DNA from: Acidobacteriota bacterium
GTDB lineage: Bacteria; Acidobacteriota; UBA890; WLXD01
Assembly (NCBI GenBank): GCA_963666215.2
Contig: CAXWPL010000001.1
Span: 608,001-672,000, forward strand
Length of the DNA stretch: 64,000 nucleotides
Direction: 5' to 3'
Under the pieces are notes generated by a model. It was not told the DNA's origin. It saw only the letters and a program-made list of their open reading frames with translations, and searched no databases. This document shows positions 1 through 12,491 of the stretch, one piece after another. Position numbers and translations under genes: made by a program. The stretch's first letter is position 1. Each line of letters begins with the position of its first letter.

Positions 1-2428
1 GGTGCTCGTAGGTGGCCAGTCCGGCGGATGCCAGGAAACGGTGTCGCCAGGCGGGCGACAGGTCGGTGCCCGTCTCCGGACGCCTATTGAGCTTGTGCTG
101 CACGATGGTCTCGTCGGCCACGAAGCTCAGCGCCTCGTCGCGGTAGAGCTCGGCGAGGCGCCCCAGGCGCTCGAGCAGGCCTGGGAGTAACGCGTCGAGC
201 TCCGCCGGGTCGTCAACATCACCTCCCGACTTTGCAGCGCCGCCGGGCGCTTCGGCCGCCGCAATGCCGAGCTCTCCACCCGATCGCGGTGCCACGGTGA
301 GCGGAAGCTCGAATCGTCGGTACTGGTTGGCGGGGGGGTCGGTGAGAGTCGCCCGAAGGATGTACTCGCCGGCCGGCAGCTGCGGAACACTCAGGGCGCC
401 GAAGTGGTGGCCCGATCCTTCGACCCTTTGCAGCTGCTGCGGCGCAAGCTGCGCCATCGGAGCAGGCTCGCCGAGCCGATGCACCTGCCCCAACAGCACC
501 GGCGCGCTGCCACCACCAACCTCCACGTAGGCTGCCAACGCCGCGCCGGAGGGGACGGTAGCGACCGCAAGCGGCCCGCGACGAGAGCTCCCGCCGGCCG
601 CCGAGGGCGGCGCCATGGCTATGGGCACGAGATCACTCGCTTCCCAGCCACCCTCGTCAGGAGCGCTGGCGTGGAGCTGCAGGCGCGCGCCGAGCAGACG
701 TCCGCTGACGATCTCCTCTACGGCCACCCGTAGCTCGTAGTCGCCGCGCTCGAGCTTGAGCTCGTGCACGTAGTCGATGCCACCGTCGATCGAATCTGTG
801 GCGCTGCCGCCACGCGAGCGGATCTCGAGTCGCTCTTCGTGTTGAACAACGGCGTTCTCGTCGAGCGCCAAGAGGTGAAGCCTGAGTGCCGGGACAGGCT
901 CGCCATCCGAGAACGGCTCCGGCACGAAGGCGGGAACGTGCAGCGCCAACCAGGCAGAAACCTCATCGGCGCTGCCAACCCGGCGGTAGACCGCGCTGTC
1001 GAGTCCCTGTGAGAACAGCAGACCCGGAAGGGCAAGCGCTGCCGCAACGCGTTCGGCGCGCGCTTCTTCGGGTGTCGTCTCGAGGTAGCCTGGCCGTGCC
1101 CGCACATCGGCATCCGGGAACGCCACTTCCACGTCGATCTCGTGATAGGTGCCCGGAGCCCGCGTCGTTGACGGCACGTAGTAGAGCAGGTAGTAGGCAC
1201 TCGTGTCGGTCGCGAGCTCGTCGAGCGCGGTGTCGAGCTCCGACCAGCCAATGAACGAGCGGCCGCCGGTTTCGCGCGCGGCTTCGGTAAGCACGCCGCG
1301 CGTGGAGTCGATGGCCCCCTGCACGGTCGGACTCGACATGACATCCGAAACCTGGACGTTGCGTGCCGCCGCGGTGGCAGTTCGCCGGTAGCGGTGCTTC
1401 GGCGTCGGATCTACAGCGTAGATGGCCACGTTCGATGCGTTGGCAGTGGCGTACAGCGCTTCTTGGAGATCGCGAGATCGCGCGTGCGGCATCATGTGGT
1501 CGTTGAAAGTCAGCTCCGGTGTCGGGGTGGCACCCCGGTTTTGACCGCCGGGTAGCCCGTTCACGACTTGGCCCGTGCCGAGCGTCTGGGCAACGATGGC
1601 GCTGAATGCGCCGCCCTCGCTGGTTTGCAGGCCGGCACTCACCCAAACCAGCGCCTTGCGACCCTCGCGTGCCGACAGCGCCCTGACGAACTGCGACAGC
1701 TGCTCGAGGTGGCGCTCGCCACGGTTGCGCTCGTCGGTCGCGTCGATCAGCGCGCGAAAGCGTAAACGCGCGGGTGCGCCCGGCTGACCATCGAAGACCT
1801 CGTGCAGCATGAGCGCGTAGTCGGTGTTGAGGCGATCATAAATCGAACGAGCGGTCACGGGCTCGGCCACCAGCTGTGCGGCGGCCTCTCGCAGCACGGC
1901 GTTGTCCATTGTGAGCGGTGCGAGCTCGCGAATACGGCCGAGATGATCGACGATCCAGATGCCACGAGGCGCGTTGAGCTCCGTGCGCTCGATGAAGCTC
2001 TCGAGCTCGTGCGCGAACTCGAGCTTCGACTCGGCGTCGAGCCCGAGGATATCAACGAGGAACACAATCGCGCCGAGCTCGGCCGTCTCGGGTGTGGAAT
2101 CGGCGAAGTCAGCGAGCTCTGCGGCCGCCATCAGCGGCTCTGGAGCCGGGTTCGCTGCGGCCTCGCCTCGCCGCACCTGGCCGCTGCGCAGGTCGACCAG
2201 CTGGAAGTCGACGATCTCCTGCCGCTCACCGTCTTCCATGACGGTGAAATCGGAGGGGCCCAGCGAGCGCAAAAAACGGCCTTCCCGGCCGGTCACGATA
2301 ACGTCCACGCGGACGCGCTCCACGCTCGAAGTGAACGTGGGTCGCTGCTGCCCAGAACTCGGCCGGCTACTGCTCAGCACCAGGGTGACGAGCACCATGC
2401 CGGCCACAACCAGACGCGCTGGCTTCAT
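1..2428 (-). CDS. VWFA-related acidobacterial domain protein with long C-terminal extension (partial, >809 aa, runs off left edge)
   Basis: Absent from the ORF track, consistent with no stop inside the window. ATG at 2428 with GGAGAGG RBS. Reads MKPARLVVAGMVLVTLVLSSSRPSSGQQRPTFTSSVERVRVDVIVTGREGRFLRSLGPSDFTVMEDGERQEI, then GRKALVWVSAG, ANASNVAIYAVDP, ETGGRSF..AYYLLYY, typical of this family. The same frame reads ..LAELYRDEALSFVADETIVQH..LATYEH at the window start. Confidence 0.85.
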   Translation of the reverse strand, partial: MKPARLVVAGMVLVTLVLSSSRPSSGQQRPTFTSSVERVRVDVIVTGREGRFLRSLGPSDFTVMEDGERQEIVDFQLVDLRSGQVRRGEAAANPAPEPLMAAAELADFADSTPETAELGAIVFLVDILGLDAESKLEFAHELESFIERTELNAPRGIWIVDHLGRIRELAPLTMDNAVLREAAAQLVAEPVTARSIYDRLNTDYALMLHEVFDGQPGAPARLRFRALIDATDERNRGERHLEQLSQFVRALSAREGRKALVWVSAGLQTSEGGAFSAIVAQTLGTGQVVNGLPGGQNRGATPTPELTFNDHMMPHARSRDLQEALYATANASNVAIYAVDPTPKHRYRRTATAAARNVQVSDVMSSPTVQGAIDSTRGVLTEAARETGGRSFIGWSELDTALDELATDTSAYYLLYYVPSTTRAPGTYHEIDVEVAFPDADVRARPGYLETTPEEARAERVAAALALPGLLFSQGLDSAVYRRVGSADEVSAWLALHVPAFVPEPFSDGEPVPALRLHLLALDENAVVQHEERLEIRSRGGSATDSIDGGIDYVHELKLERGDYELRVAVEEIVSGRLLGARLQLHASAPDEGGWEASDLVPIAMAPPSAAGGSSRRGPLAVATVPSGAALAAYVEVGGGSAPVLLGQVHRLGEPAPMAQLAPQQLQRVEGSGHHFGALSVPQLPAGEYILRATLTDPPANQYRRFELPLTVAPRSGGELGIAAAEAPGGAAKSGGDVDDPAELDALLPGLLERLGRLAELYRDEALSFVADETIVQHKLNRRPETGTDLSPAWRHRFLASAGLATYEH

Positions 2429-2512
2429 GGCCTCTCCAAACAGGGAACAGACGGGGCAGTGTGATTCTGCACCGCAGGGGCGGCCTGTGTATATGTTGAT
2501 AGAGTGATCGGC

Positions 2513-2600
2513 ATGACGGCGACGGCGAGCCAGCTAGGTCATACGTGGAAGCCGCTGATGGACGCTGCACTCCACGGCCGTCCAGACGTCGCCGAAGTTC
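2513..2600 (+). pseudogene. 5' stub of a probable ankyrin-repeat gene
   Basis: The ATG 2513 frame reads MTATASQLGHTWKPLMDAALHGRPDVAEV, resembling the ankyrin consensus (PLxxAAxxGxxDVxxxL). The resemblance ends at about 2600. Confidence 0.45.
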
Positions 2601-3149
2601 CAGATTCAAGCGCGCGGCACGTGGGCCGGTAACATCGCCAACGCCTCGCCCGCGGCCGACGGCGTGCCCGTGCTGATGGCCTATGACGCGGTGGTTCTCC
2701 TCTCCTCCACCGAGGGCGAGCGAGAGGTCGCGCTGGCCGACTTCTATCACGGCTACAAGCAGCTCGAGGCGCGCGCCAACGAGCTCATTCGAGGGATTCG
2801 AGTTCCCCTTCGTGATTACGATTTCCAGCAGTTCATCAAGGTGGGCCCGCGCCGCGCCCAGGCAATCACCAAAGTTGGCGTAGCAATGGCGCGCTCCAGC
2901 CACGGTTGGCGTGTGGTTGCCAACAGCGTGGCGCCCACAGTCTGCCGCTGCCGCTCGGTCGAAGCGCTCATTGAATCGGGCGGCGCGATCCTCGCCCCCG
3001 ACGACGACGCCCTGGTGGCAGCTCTCGCGGCCGACGTCGCTCCAATCGACGACATCCGCTCCACCGCCGAGTACCGTCGACGGGTGCTCGCCCGCGTGAT
3101 CTACTTCGCTCTTTGCGGCGCTGGCCCCGGCTTCAGCGCGTTCCAATAG
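2601..3149 (+). pseudogene. Xanthine dehydrogenase/CoxM-family FAD-binding subunit, C-terminal portion only
   Basis: QIQARGTWAGNIANASPAAD, FYHGYKQ, KVGPRRAQAITK and PIDDIRSTAEYRR motifs. In-frame TGA at 2556 and no N-terminal ~100 aa. Confidence 0.85.
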
Positions 3150-3251
3150 CTCAGTTATTCCGAACTTCTCGAGATTTTTCCGAACCTCCGTGGAAACGTC
3201 GTGCCAACCTCACATTCGGTCGCCCCGCCACAGCCAACCTCGAACGAGCCC

Positions 3252-4597
3252 ATGCAGCCTTCTCTCGATCCGACCACGCTCGGCGCCATCCTCGATCCCC
3301 TGCGCGCCACCAACAACGCCATCGCCGCTTGTTACCCCGGAGAGTCGGCAGAGCGGCAGCCCGTGCACACGGTGTACGGCGGTGCGCATCTGTTCCGAGC
3401 CAACACCGCGGCGAAACTCAGAGAGCTGGCGCTGAGATCACTCGACACCTACGCGCCTGACGCCGGTGCCTTCGCCAACGCGATCGGCCTGACTGGCGAC
3501 GAAACCGAGCAGGTACTCATCTACGAGCGTGTACGCAACAAGCTCGAACGCGAGCCCGTTGAAGACTTTCGCATCGACTTCGAAGACGGCTACGGAAACC
3601 GACCCGACGACGAGGAGGACGCCTCGGCGGTCGCCGCCGCGCAGGCGCTCGCTGAGGGGCTCGCCGCAGGCACGCTGCCTTTCTTCAGCGGCATTCGCAT
3701 CAAGCCGTTCAGCGGCGAGCTGCAGCGTCGCTCGATCCGCACGCTCGACCTGTTCGTCACCACCCTGTTCGAGACCACCGGCGGCCAGCTACCCGAGAAC
3801 TTCGTGATCACCTTCCCCAAGGTGATGGACGTGGCCCAGATCAAGGCATTCATCGAGATCCTTCGGCGGTTGGAGGCTGCCCTCGGTCTGGCGACGCCGC
3901 TGCGCGTCGAGCTGATGATCGAAACCACGCAGTCGATCCTCGATGCCAACGGTGTTTGCCCCATGTCGGCCTTCGTCGAGGCGTGCGAGGGACGCTGTCT
4001 GGCGGCGCACTTCGGCGTTTACGACTACACCGCCGGCTGCTCGATCACCGCCCAGCATCAAACGCTCGACCATCCCGCCTGCGACTTCGCCCGCCACGCG
4101 ATGCAGGTCGCGCTCGGCGGTACCGGCGTTTGGCTGTCGGACGGCGCCACAAACGTGCTGCCGGTGGCGCCCCATCGAGCCAGCGAGGGCCCGCCGCTCA
4201 CCGCGCCCCAGGAGGAAAAAACGCCCGCGTCGTGCACAACGCCTGGCGCCTTCACTTCGAGCACGTCCGTCGCTCCCTACAGCTCGGCTACTACCAGGGT
4301 TGGGACCTCAACCCGGCGCAGCTACCGACGCGCTACGCGGCAGTGTTCTCCTTCTTCCGCGAGAGCCTGGGGCAGGCCTCGGAGCGTCTCCACAACTTCA
4401 TCGCGGTCGCGGCGCAGGCAACGCTCGTTGGCGACGTCTTCGACGACGCCGCCACCGGACAGGGGCTGCTCAACTTCTTCCTGCGCGGCATGAACTGCGG
4501 CGCAATCAGCGAAGAAGAAGCGGAGTCCACCGGCCTGACGCTCGAAGAGCTGCGTGGTCGGTCGTTTGTGAAGGTCCTCGCCGGGCGGCGCGCTTGA
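3252..4597 (+). CDS. HpcH/HpaI aldolase-citrate lyase (CitE)/malate-synthase-like protein (DUF6986-type), apparent frameshift
   Basis: RQPVHTVYGGAHLF, EDFRIDFEDGYG, HFGVYDY, LSDGATN in one frame. Continues as LGYYQGWDLNPAQLPTRYAAVFSFF..FDDAATGQGLLNFF in another frame after the A6 run at 4216-4221. Confidence 0.8.
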
Positions 4598-4637
4598 TGG
4601 TCCGGGAGGCGACGCTCTCTCGGACCGTGCTGCGTGC

Positions 4638-5774
4638 GTGCCGCTCTGTCCAGGCGGTCCGGTAGGTCGCGCGACGTTGACCCACGAGCAACCGCGGCCT
4701 GGTTGGCACCGTCTGCGCCGACGCGCCGTGTTCGTCGCGTTCGTTGTCGTGGCAACCGTTGGACTCACGGAGGTCACGCTACGGGTCGTCTACCGCGAGC
4801 CCTGGTATCAGCGGCTGGTGCGCGAACAATCGGGTGGTGAGCGTTTCGGCTACAACACCAACAGCCGTGGCCTGCGCGATGTCGAGATCCCCGACAACCG
4901 CTCGCCTGAAGCGGAACCTGGCGAACCGAGTGCTTCGAGCGGGCAGCAAGAGGGTGGCAGTGTGCGCCGTGTGCTTTTTCTGGGCGATTCCTTCACCTTC
5001 GGCTCCGGCGTGAAGGACGATGCCGCCCCCTTCCCGCGCGGCGTCGAGCGTAAGCTCAACAATGTGGGCCCCGACGACGGACGGCGACTGCGCCCGCCGG
5101 GTGTGGCGCGCATCGAGGTGCTCAACGGTGGCATCCCGGGAAGCTACCCGGCCCATTGGCTCGAGCTGCTGACCGAGATCGTCGATGTTTACCGGCCGCA
5201 CGCCATCGTCGCCGTGTTCTTCCTCCGCGACGGTACGCGGATGTCGGCCATCAATCACTTCTTCGGCCCCATCCGCGACGAGATCGTGCTGCGCAACGCC
5301 AACTCGTTGCTCTATCGCAGCTCCTACATCGTGCGTGTGCTGCGTGACCGACGCGATCGTCAGCTGGTGGGCGAGAGCTACACACGGGCCCTGCATCGCG
5401 GCTACTTCGGAAACGACACCCAAACCGCGCACTGGACTCGCACACAGAACGATCTGGAGCAGATCTTCAGCGTGGCCAAAGAGCGCTCGATCCCGCTCGG
5501 TCTCGTGGCGTTCCCCGTGCTCGCTCAGCTTGCGGAGGAGTCGTATCCGTTCGAGCGCATCGGTGACCGGGTGCTGCGCTTCGGCCGCAGCCACCGCGTG
5601 CCGACGTACAACCTGCTCGACGACTTCCGTGGCCATGACGGCCCCGAGCTGTGGGTTTCGGCGCTCGACCAGCACCCCAACGCCGATGCCCACGCCATCG
5701 CCGCCGAGGGGTTGGCCCTCTTCACCGCCGGGCTCGTCTGGCGGGCGGAGGGCCTGGAGCTGCCGCGCCGCTAG
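4638..5774 (+). CDS. SGNH/GDSL hydrolase-family membrane-anchored protein
   Basis: N-terminal TM segment, NSRGLRD, VLFLGDSFTFG, VLNGGIPG and DQHPNADAH (DxH). Start uncertain. Confidence 0.8.
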   Translation: MPLCPGGPVGRATLTHEQPRPGWHRLRRRAVFVAFVVVATVGLTEVTLRVVYREPWYQRLVREQSGGERFGYNTNSRGLRDVEIPDNRSPEAEPGEPSASSGQQEGGSVRRVLFLGDSFTFGSGVKDDAAPFPRGVERKLNNVGPDDGRRLRPPGVARIEVLNGGIPGSYPAHWLELLTEIVDVYRPHAIVAVFFLRDGTRMSAINHFFGPIRDEIVLRNANSLLYRSSYIVRVLRDRRDRQLVGESYTRALHRGYFGNDTQTAHWTRTQNDLEQIFSVAKERSIPLGLVAFPVLAQLAEESYPFERIGDRVLRFGRSHRVPTYNLLDDFRGHDGPELWVSALDQHPNADAHAIAAEGLALFTAGLVWRAEGLELPRR

Positions 5775-5797
5775 AGGACTTGCGGCCGGCACACTAG

Positions 5798-5860
5798 GTC
5801 TTCATGCCGGCGCTGCGTGCCACCCGCGTCGACCCGATGGAGGCGCTGCGCTCGGAGTAG
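5798..5860 (+). pseudogene. 3' terminal remnant of an ADOP/FtsX-type ABC permease gene
   Basis: Reads VFMPALRATRVDPMEALRSE*, matching the C-termini of the window's permeases (PARRATRIDPIVALRND, PARRGTRVDPVASMRS). Preceded by an in-frame TAG at 5795. Confidence 0.75.
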
Positions 5861-5898
5861 GCAACCGCCAGGCTCGCCACGCATCCGCCGCCGCCAGG

Positions 5899-6249
5899 CT
5901 AGCTGCCGCGGTAGGTCGAGTAGCCGTGGGGGCTCAGCAGTAGCGGCACGTGATAGTGCTCGGCGGCCTCGCCGATCTCGAAGACAATTTCAACGCGCGG
6001 GTAGAACGTGTTGGCACCGAGTGCCGCGAAGTACGCCCCGGTGTCGAACGTCAACCTGTAGGTGCCCGGCTGCAACTCGTCATCGGTCAGATCGGTGGCG
6101 CGGCCGTCGTCGTTGGTAAAGCTCTCGCCGATAGGCTGCCAGCCGCTCGCGGCTTCGGCGTCGGGGCTGGCGCGATCGAGCCGAATGGCGATGCCGACGG
6201 CCGGACGGCCCAATGACGTGTCGAGTACGTGCGAGGTGATCGTGCTCAT
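5899..6249 (-). CDS. uraH: 5-hydroxyisourate hydrolase (transthyretin-like)
   Basis: ITSHVLDTSLGRPA, TNDDGR, HYHVPLLLSP and C-terminal YRGS signature. Confidence 0.97.
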   Translation of the reverse strand: MSTITSHVLDTSLGRPAVGIAIRLDRASPDAEAASGWQPIGESFTNDDGRATDLTDDELQPGTYRLTFDTGAYFAALGANTFYPRVEIVFEIGEAAEHYHVPLLLSPHGYSTYRGS

Positions 6250-6856
6250 TCAGCGATCTCCGTGATGGCGGCAGCGCACTGCTCCGCGAGAAGCTTGCCG
6301 AGGCGAAGCTGGGTGATCTGCCGCTGCTGTTCAGCGGCAATCGTCAACTCGACTTCGGGTGTGTTGTTCATGCGTCTCGTCAGCGCCGTGAGCATCTCCT
6401 CGGCGCTCTTGCCGGTTGCGCAGATCAAGAAAACGTAGCCGGAGCGGTCGTAGTAGACATCGTTGGCCTGCGCCAGGCGTCGTGCCACGTCATCTGGGGC
6501 GTGATCCATTCCAGCCTGCTCGCGGCTCGCCCACGCCCTCATGTCGGGACCAGCTTCGCCGCCGACCTTGCCGCCGATACGCGGATGATGCACGAAGGCC
6601 TCGAGCCAGTCTGCCGACTCGAGGCTCGCCCATACTTCGTCGGCGATTTGTCGCAGCGAAGCCTCGTCGCTGAAGGGGTGCCGCGAGGACACTTGGCGAA
6701 CCCACTGGCTCGAGCCGCAGCAACGCAGCAGCGCCGCGCCGAGAGCGCCCTCGTCGAGATGGTTGAGCCGGGCGACGGCCGGCCCGCTCGCTCCTGAGCC
6801 AGACGGACAACCTGCCGGCTCGGCCGCACCGGGCATAGGCACCTGATTCGTCTTCA

Positions 6857-6857
<1 letters not shown>
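6246..6857 (-). CDS. uraD: OHCU decarboxylase
   Basis: WLEAFVHHPRIG, ASREQAG, YVFLICATGKS, EQQRQITQLRL. Overlaps the alc stop (TGATG) and the uraH start. Confidence 0.93.
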
Positions 6858-9291
<2,434 letters not shown>

Positions 9292-9426
9292 TCGGGCTCA
9301 TCAGGGTAGATCGACGTTTGATAGCGTATGATCTTCGCGGTGGCTCGGCGACAGGAGTCGGGCCACGTGCTTCTTCTATGTGGCCGCATGCAGCACGCTC
9401 GAGCGGCCAGCAACACCGAGGCTTTC

Positions 9427-9708
9427 GTGCGGATCTACGTAGGAAACATGTCGTACCAGACGACGCCGGAGGGTTTGCGCTCGGCGTTCGAGGCACACGG
9501 CGCGGTCGACGAGGCTACGCTAGTCACCGATCGCGAAACCGGTCGCCCGCGCGGCTTCGGCTTCGTGTCGATGCCCAACGACGACGAGGGCCGCAAGGCG
9601 ATCGAGGCGATCGACCAGACGGACCTCGACGGTCGCACTCTCAAGGTGAACGAGGCACGCCCCCGCGAAAGCCATGGTGGTGGCGGCGGCGGCGGCTGGC
9701 GGCGGTAA
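9427..9708 (+). CDS. RNA-binding protein (RRM) with Gly-rich tail
   Basis: RNP2 IYVGNM, RNP1 RGFGFVSM, LDGRTLKVNEARPRE, GGGGGG tail. GTG start at 9427. Confidence 0.95.
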   Translation: MRIYVGNMSYQTTPEGLRSAFEAHGAVDEATLVTDRETGRPRGFGFVSMPNDDEGRKAIEAIDQTDLDGRTLKVNEARPRESHGGGGGGGWRR

Positions 9709-9848
9709 AACCGCCTCCCCTCTACCTCTCCTTAGCGGTCCGCGATCCGGCAAGTCGGAAGCGAGACGCGCCACGACTGCTCGTTCGCGCCGTCCCTTGG
9801 AAACGCGCCCCCTTCGGGCCCATACCGCACGACCGTCGAGCCGGCACC

Positions 9849-10830
9849 GTGAAAAGGCGAGATCTTGCCCTCAACCTGGCCGTAGTCTCCGCCAGTCTGC
9901 TCTTCATCGGCGCGATTGCGGAAGTCGGGATTCGAACCGCCTTCACCGGCAACCTCAACCCCTTCGAGCCTGACCCGCAGATCTCCTACCGGCTCAAGTC
10001 GGATTTCAACGGGCTCTACCCGCGTTCTCGGGTGCGCACCAACTCACACGGCCATCGCGTGCCCATCGATTCGGGCCCCGACAGTTCCGCGCGCTGGTTG
10101 TTCATCGGCGACTCCGTGACCTTCGGATTCGGACGGTTAGCCGAAGAGAGCTTCCCCTATGTATTTGGCAAGCTTTTTGCGGACGACCCCCTTTGGTGCC
10201 GTCAACGCTGGTGTGCCGGGCTACAACCTGCAACAGGCGCTCGGCTTACTGCGTGAGGCGCTCGCTCGGCGTGTTCCAGAGCGCATCATCTACGGGCTGA
10301 CGCTCAACGACGTCACCGGCGCTAGCCACATGGTGGAGTACCAGGCCATCGATCCACAGGACCGTCGCTCCCGAGAGGGCGGCCTCCTCGGCCGCTCCAT
10401 GCTCGTGGGTTTCGTGCAACGACGCTGGAGCCGACTGACGGCGCCGATCGACCCCCTCGACGCTCAACCGGCCGGTGGTGCGGCGGCTCTATCGAACCTG
10501 GAGGTCGAGCTGCAAGCCGAACGGGTGGAAGCGTTCGATCAGCAATGGGCCAGCCTCGATGCGATCGGTGCGTCTACCGGTATCCCGGTCGACGTGATTG
10601 TGATGCCGGTCGCCGCTCAACTCGAGCCGGACGACTCGCGAGCTCTGCAACGCTTCATGGCGACACGCTGCGAACAGGCGCGCCACCTCAGTTGTATCGA
10701 CGCACTGCCGCGATTTCTCAAAAACGCCGGGACGCAGCTCTTCAATCGCGGCAGCAGCCACCACTTGACGCCATACGGGCACCGCGTGGTAGCCGAACTG
10801 CTGATCGATTCGATCCGCGACGAGCCCTAG
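9849..10830 (+). CDS. SGNH/GDSL hydrolase-family protein (apparent frameshift at C-run ~10187-10191)
   Basis: TM segment, RTNSHGHR, FIGDSVTFG. Continues in another frame as VNAGVPGY..LTLND..HLTPYGH. Confidence 0.75.
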
Positions 10831-11009
10831 TGGTGAGGCCCAAGGAGGTTGTACACGAGGCCTACGCGAGGGACCTGAGTCGGCCCAGATGCCCCCGGCT
10901 CGCCTCCACGCGGCTGCAACGCCCCGCCACCGCGATCGCCCATTGATCCACGCCGCTCGTGCCGGTTCGGATCAACTCCAACAAGCTGCGGCCGGTCTGG
11001 CACGCGCAA

Positions 11010-12491
11010 CTACTGGGCAACTATTGCGAAGAGCTTGTTGCGGCTGGCGATGTAGAGCGCGCCGTTGGCGGGTACCGCCGAGCTGTAGACGGAGCTCCCC
11101 AGGTTGAGCTCGTTCACCACCGTCTCCGAGCGACCCGCTTCAAGAATGACCACGTCGCCATCCTCATCACCGAGGTAGACCTTGCCCTCGACGACGAGCG
11201 CCGAGCCCCAGACCGCGGCGAACGTGTCGTGCACGAAATGCACCGCGCCGGTGTCGGCGTCGAGCGCGTGCAGAAACCCGGAAAAATCGGGGATGTAGAC
11301 CACATCCTCGTGGATCGCCGCGGTCGAGATTGTCCGTCGAATATCGCTGTAGTGCCAAATCCGACCCGTCTCGGTGATGTCCCCCCGCTTGGTGCCATCG
11401 ATGGCGTAGAAATGTCCAACGCCCTCACCATGTTCCGGATCCTGCCCGTTGCCGATGTAAACACGGTTCTTGTAGATGACCGGGGTGGCGACGACGTTGT
11501 TGCGTGTGCGTGGCCAGATGGCGTCTTCCGGGTTGGTGTTGAACTCCCACAGCTTCTCGCCGGTCTCGGCCACGTAGCCGCGCACCCAGCCGTCACCCTG
11601 CCCCATCACCACCTGCACGACGCCGCCGATGTCGCCGACCGCAGCCGAGGACCACTGGCCGTGGAGGATGCGGTCCTCAACGGAGTTGTCTTCCCAGACG
11701 AGCTCGCCGGTGTTCTTGTTGATGGCGATGATTGCGGGTGTCCGTGGCGAGGGGATGTTGACGTGCGTCTCGTCCTGACCGTTCGACGTGGAAACAAACA
11801 GAAGGTCGCCATACATCACCGGCGATGAGTTCGACATGTTGTGCGGGAAGGAGCCGAGCTCCTCCATCATGTCGTAGGACCAGACCACATCAGCGTCGAT
11901 CTCGCGGCTGAGCTCCTCGCCAGCGAAGCCGTCGTTCTCGCCGTCGAGGAAGCCCTGGGTGTCGAGCGCCACGAGCTCGCCCCGGCTGGTGACGTAGTAC
12001 AGCCGGTCGCCGTCGACGAGGGGCGACGAGCAGATGCCTTGGTATGGCCAGTCGTTAACGCGCCCGGCTGCCAGCTTTTGCGAGAAGTGCTGCCAGAGAA
12101 ACTCGCCGCTCGCTTCATCGAAGGCCAGCAACACGCCCGCGTCGCCCGGCATCTCCGGGTCGTAGAGTGCTTCGTTGTTCGTGCCCACGAATACCGAGCC
12201 GCCCGCCACAACGGGATTGCCGTAGGTTTGCGAGCCGAGCGCCGCCTCCCACTTGACGTTCTCACCGCTGCCCGTATCCCAATCGGTTGGCACACCGGTC
12301 ATCGAAGAGATCATGTTGCGGTCGGGAGTACCGCCCCACATCGGCCAGTCTTCAGTGGCTGCGGCACGACCGGCCTCAGGTCCGGTGCCGAGTCCCAGCA
12401 GGAGCATCGCCGCGGCGAGTGCGACTGGCTTGCGGCTTCGCGTGTGGGCAGAGTTAGCGGAGCGGACGGTGGACGGACTCAGGGCTTTCAT
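11010..12491 (-). CDS. Secreted PQQ-like (BamB-type) beta-propeller repeat protein
   Basis: Signal peptide, DWPMWGGTPDRN, repeated A.D..TGE..W motifs, ending LFAI. Confidence 0.88.
   Translation of the reverse strand: MKALSPSTVRSANSAHTRSRKPVALAAAMLLLGLGTGPEAGRAAATEDWPMWGGTPDRNMISSMTGVPTDWDTGSGENVKWEAALGSQTYGNPVVAGGSVFVGTNNEALYDPEMPGDAGVLLAFDEASGEFLWQHFSQKLAAGRVNDWPYQGICSSPLVDGDRLYYVTSRGELVALDTQGFLDGENDGFAGEELSREIDADVVWSYDMMEELGSFPHNMSNSSPVMYGDLLFVSTSNGQDETHVNIPSPRTPAIIAINKNTGELVWEDNSVEDRILHGQWSSAAVGDIGGVVQVVMGQGDGWVRGYVAETGEKLWEFNTNPEDAIWPRTRNNVVATPVIYKNRVYIGNGQDPEHGEGVGHFYAIDGTKRGDITETGRIWHYSDIRRTISTAAIHEDVVYIPDFSGFLHALDADTGAVHFVHDTFAAVWGSALVVEGKVYLGDEDGDVVILEAGRSETVVNELNLGSSVYSSAVPANGALYIASRNKLFAIVAQ

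Noticed and set aside
3158-3242. Short direct repeats TTCCGAAC x2 and GCCAACCTC x2 upstream of the lyase gene
   Set aside because: Too short and irregular to call as operators.
4210-4225. Programmed frameshifting or phase variation at the A6 run
   Set aside because: Many unrelated genes carry similar 1-bp indels, so sequencing error is more parsimonious.
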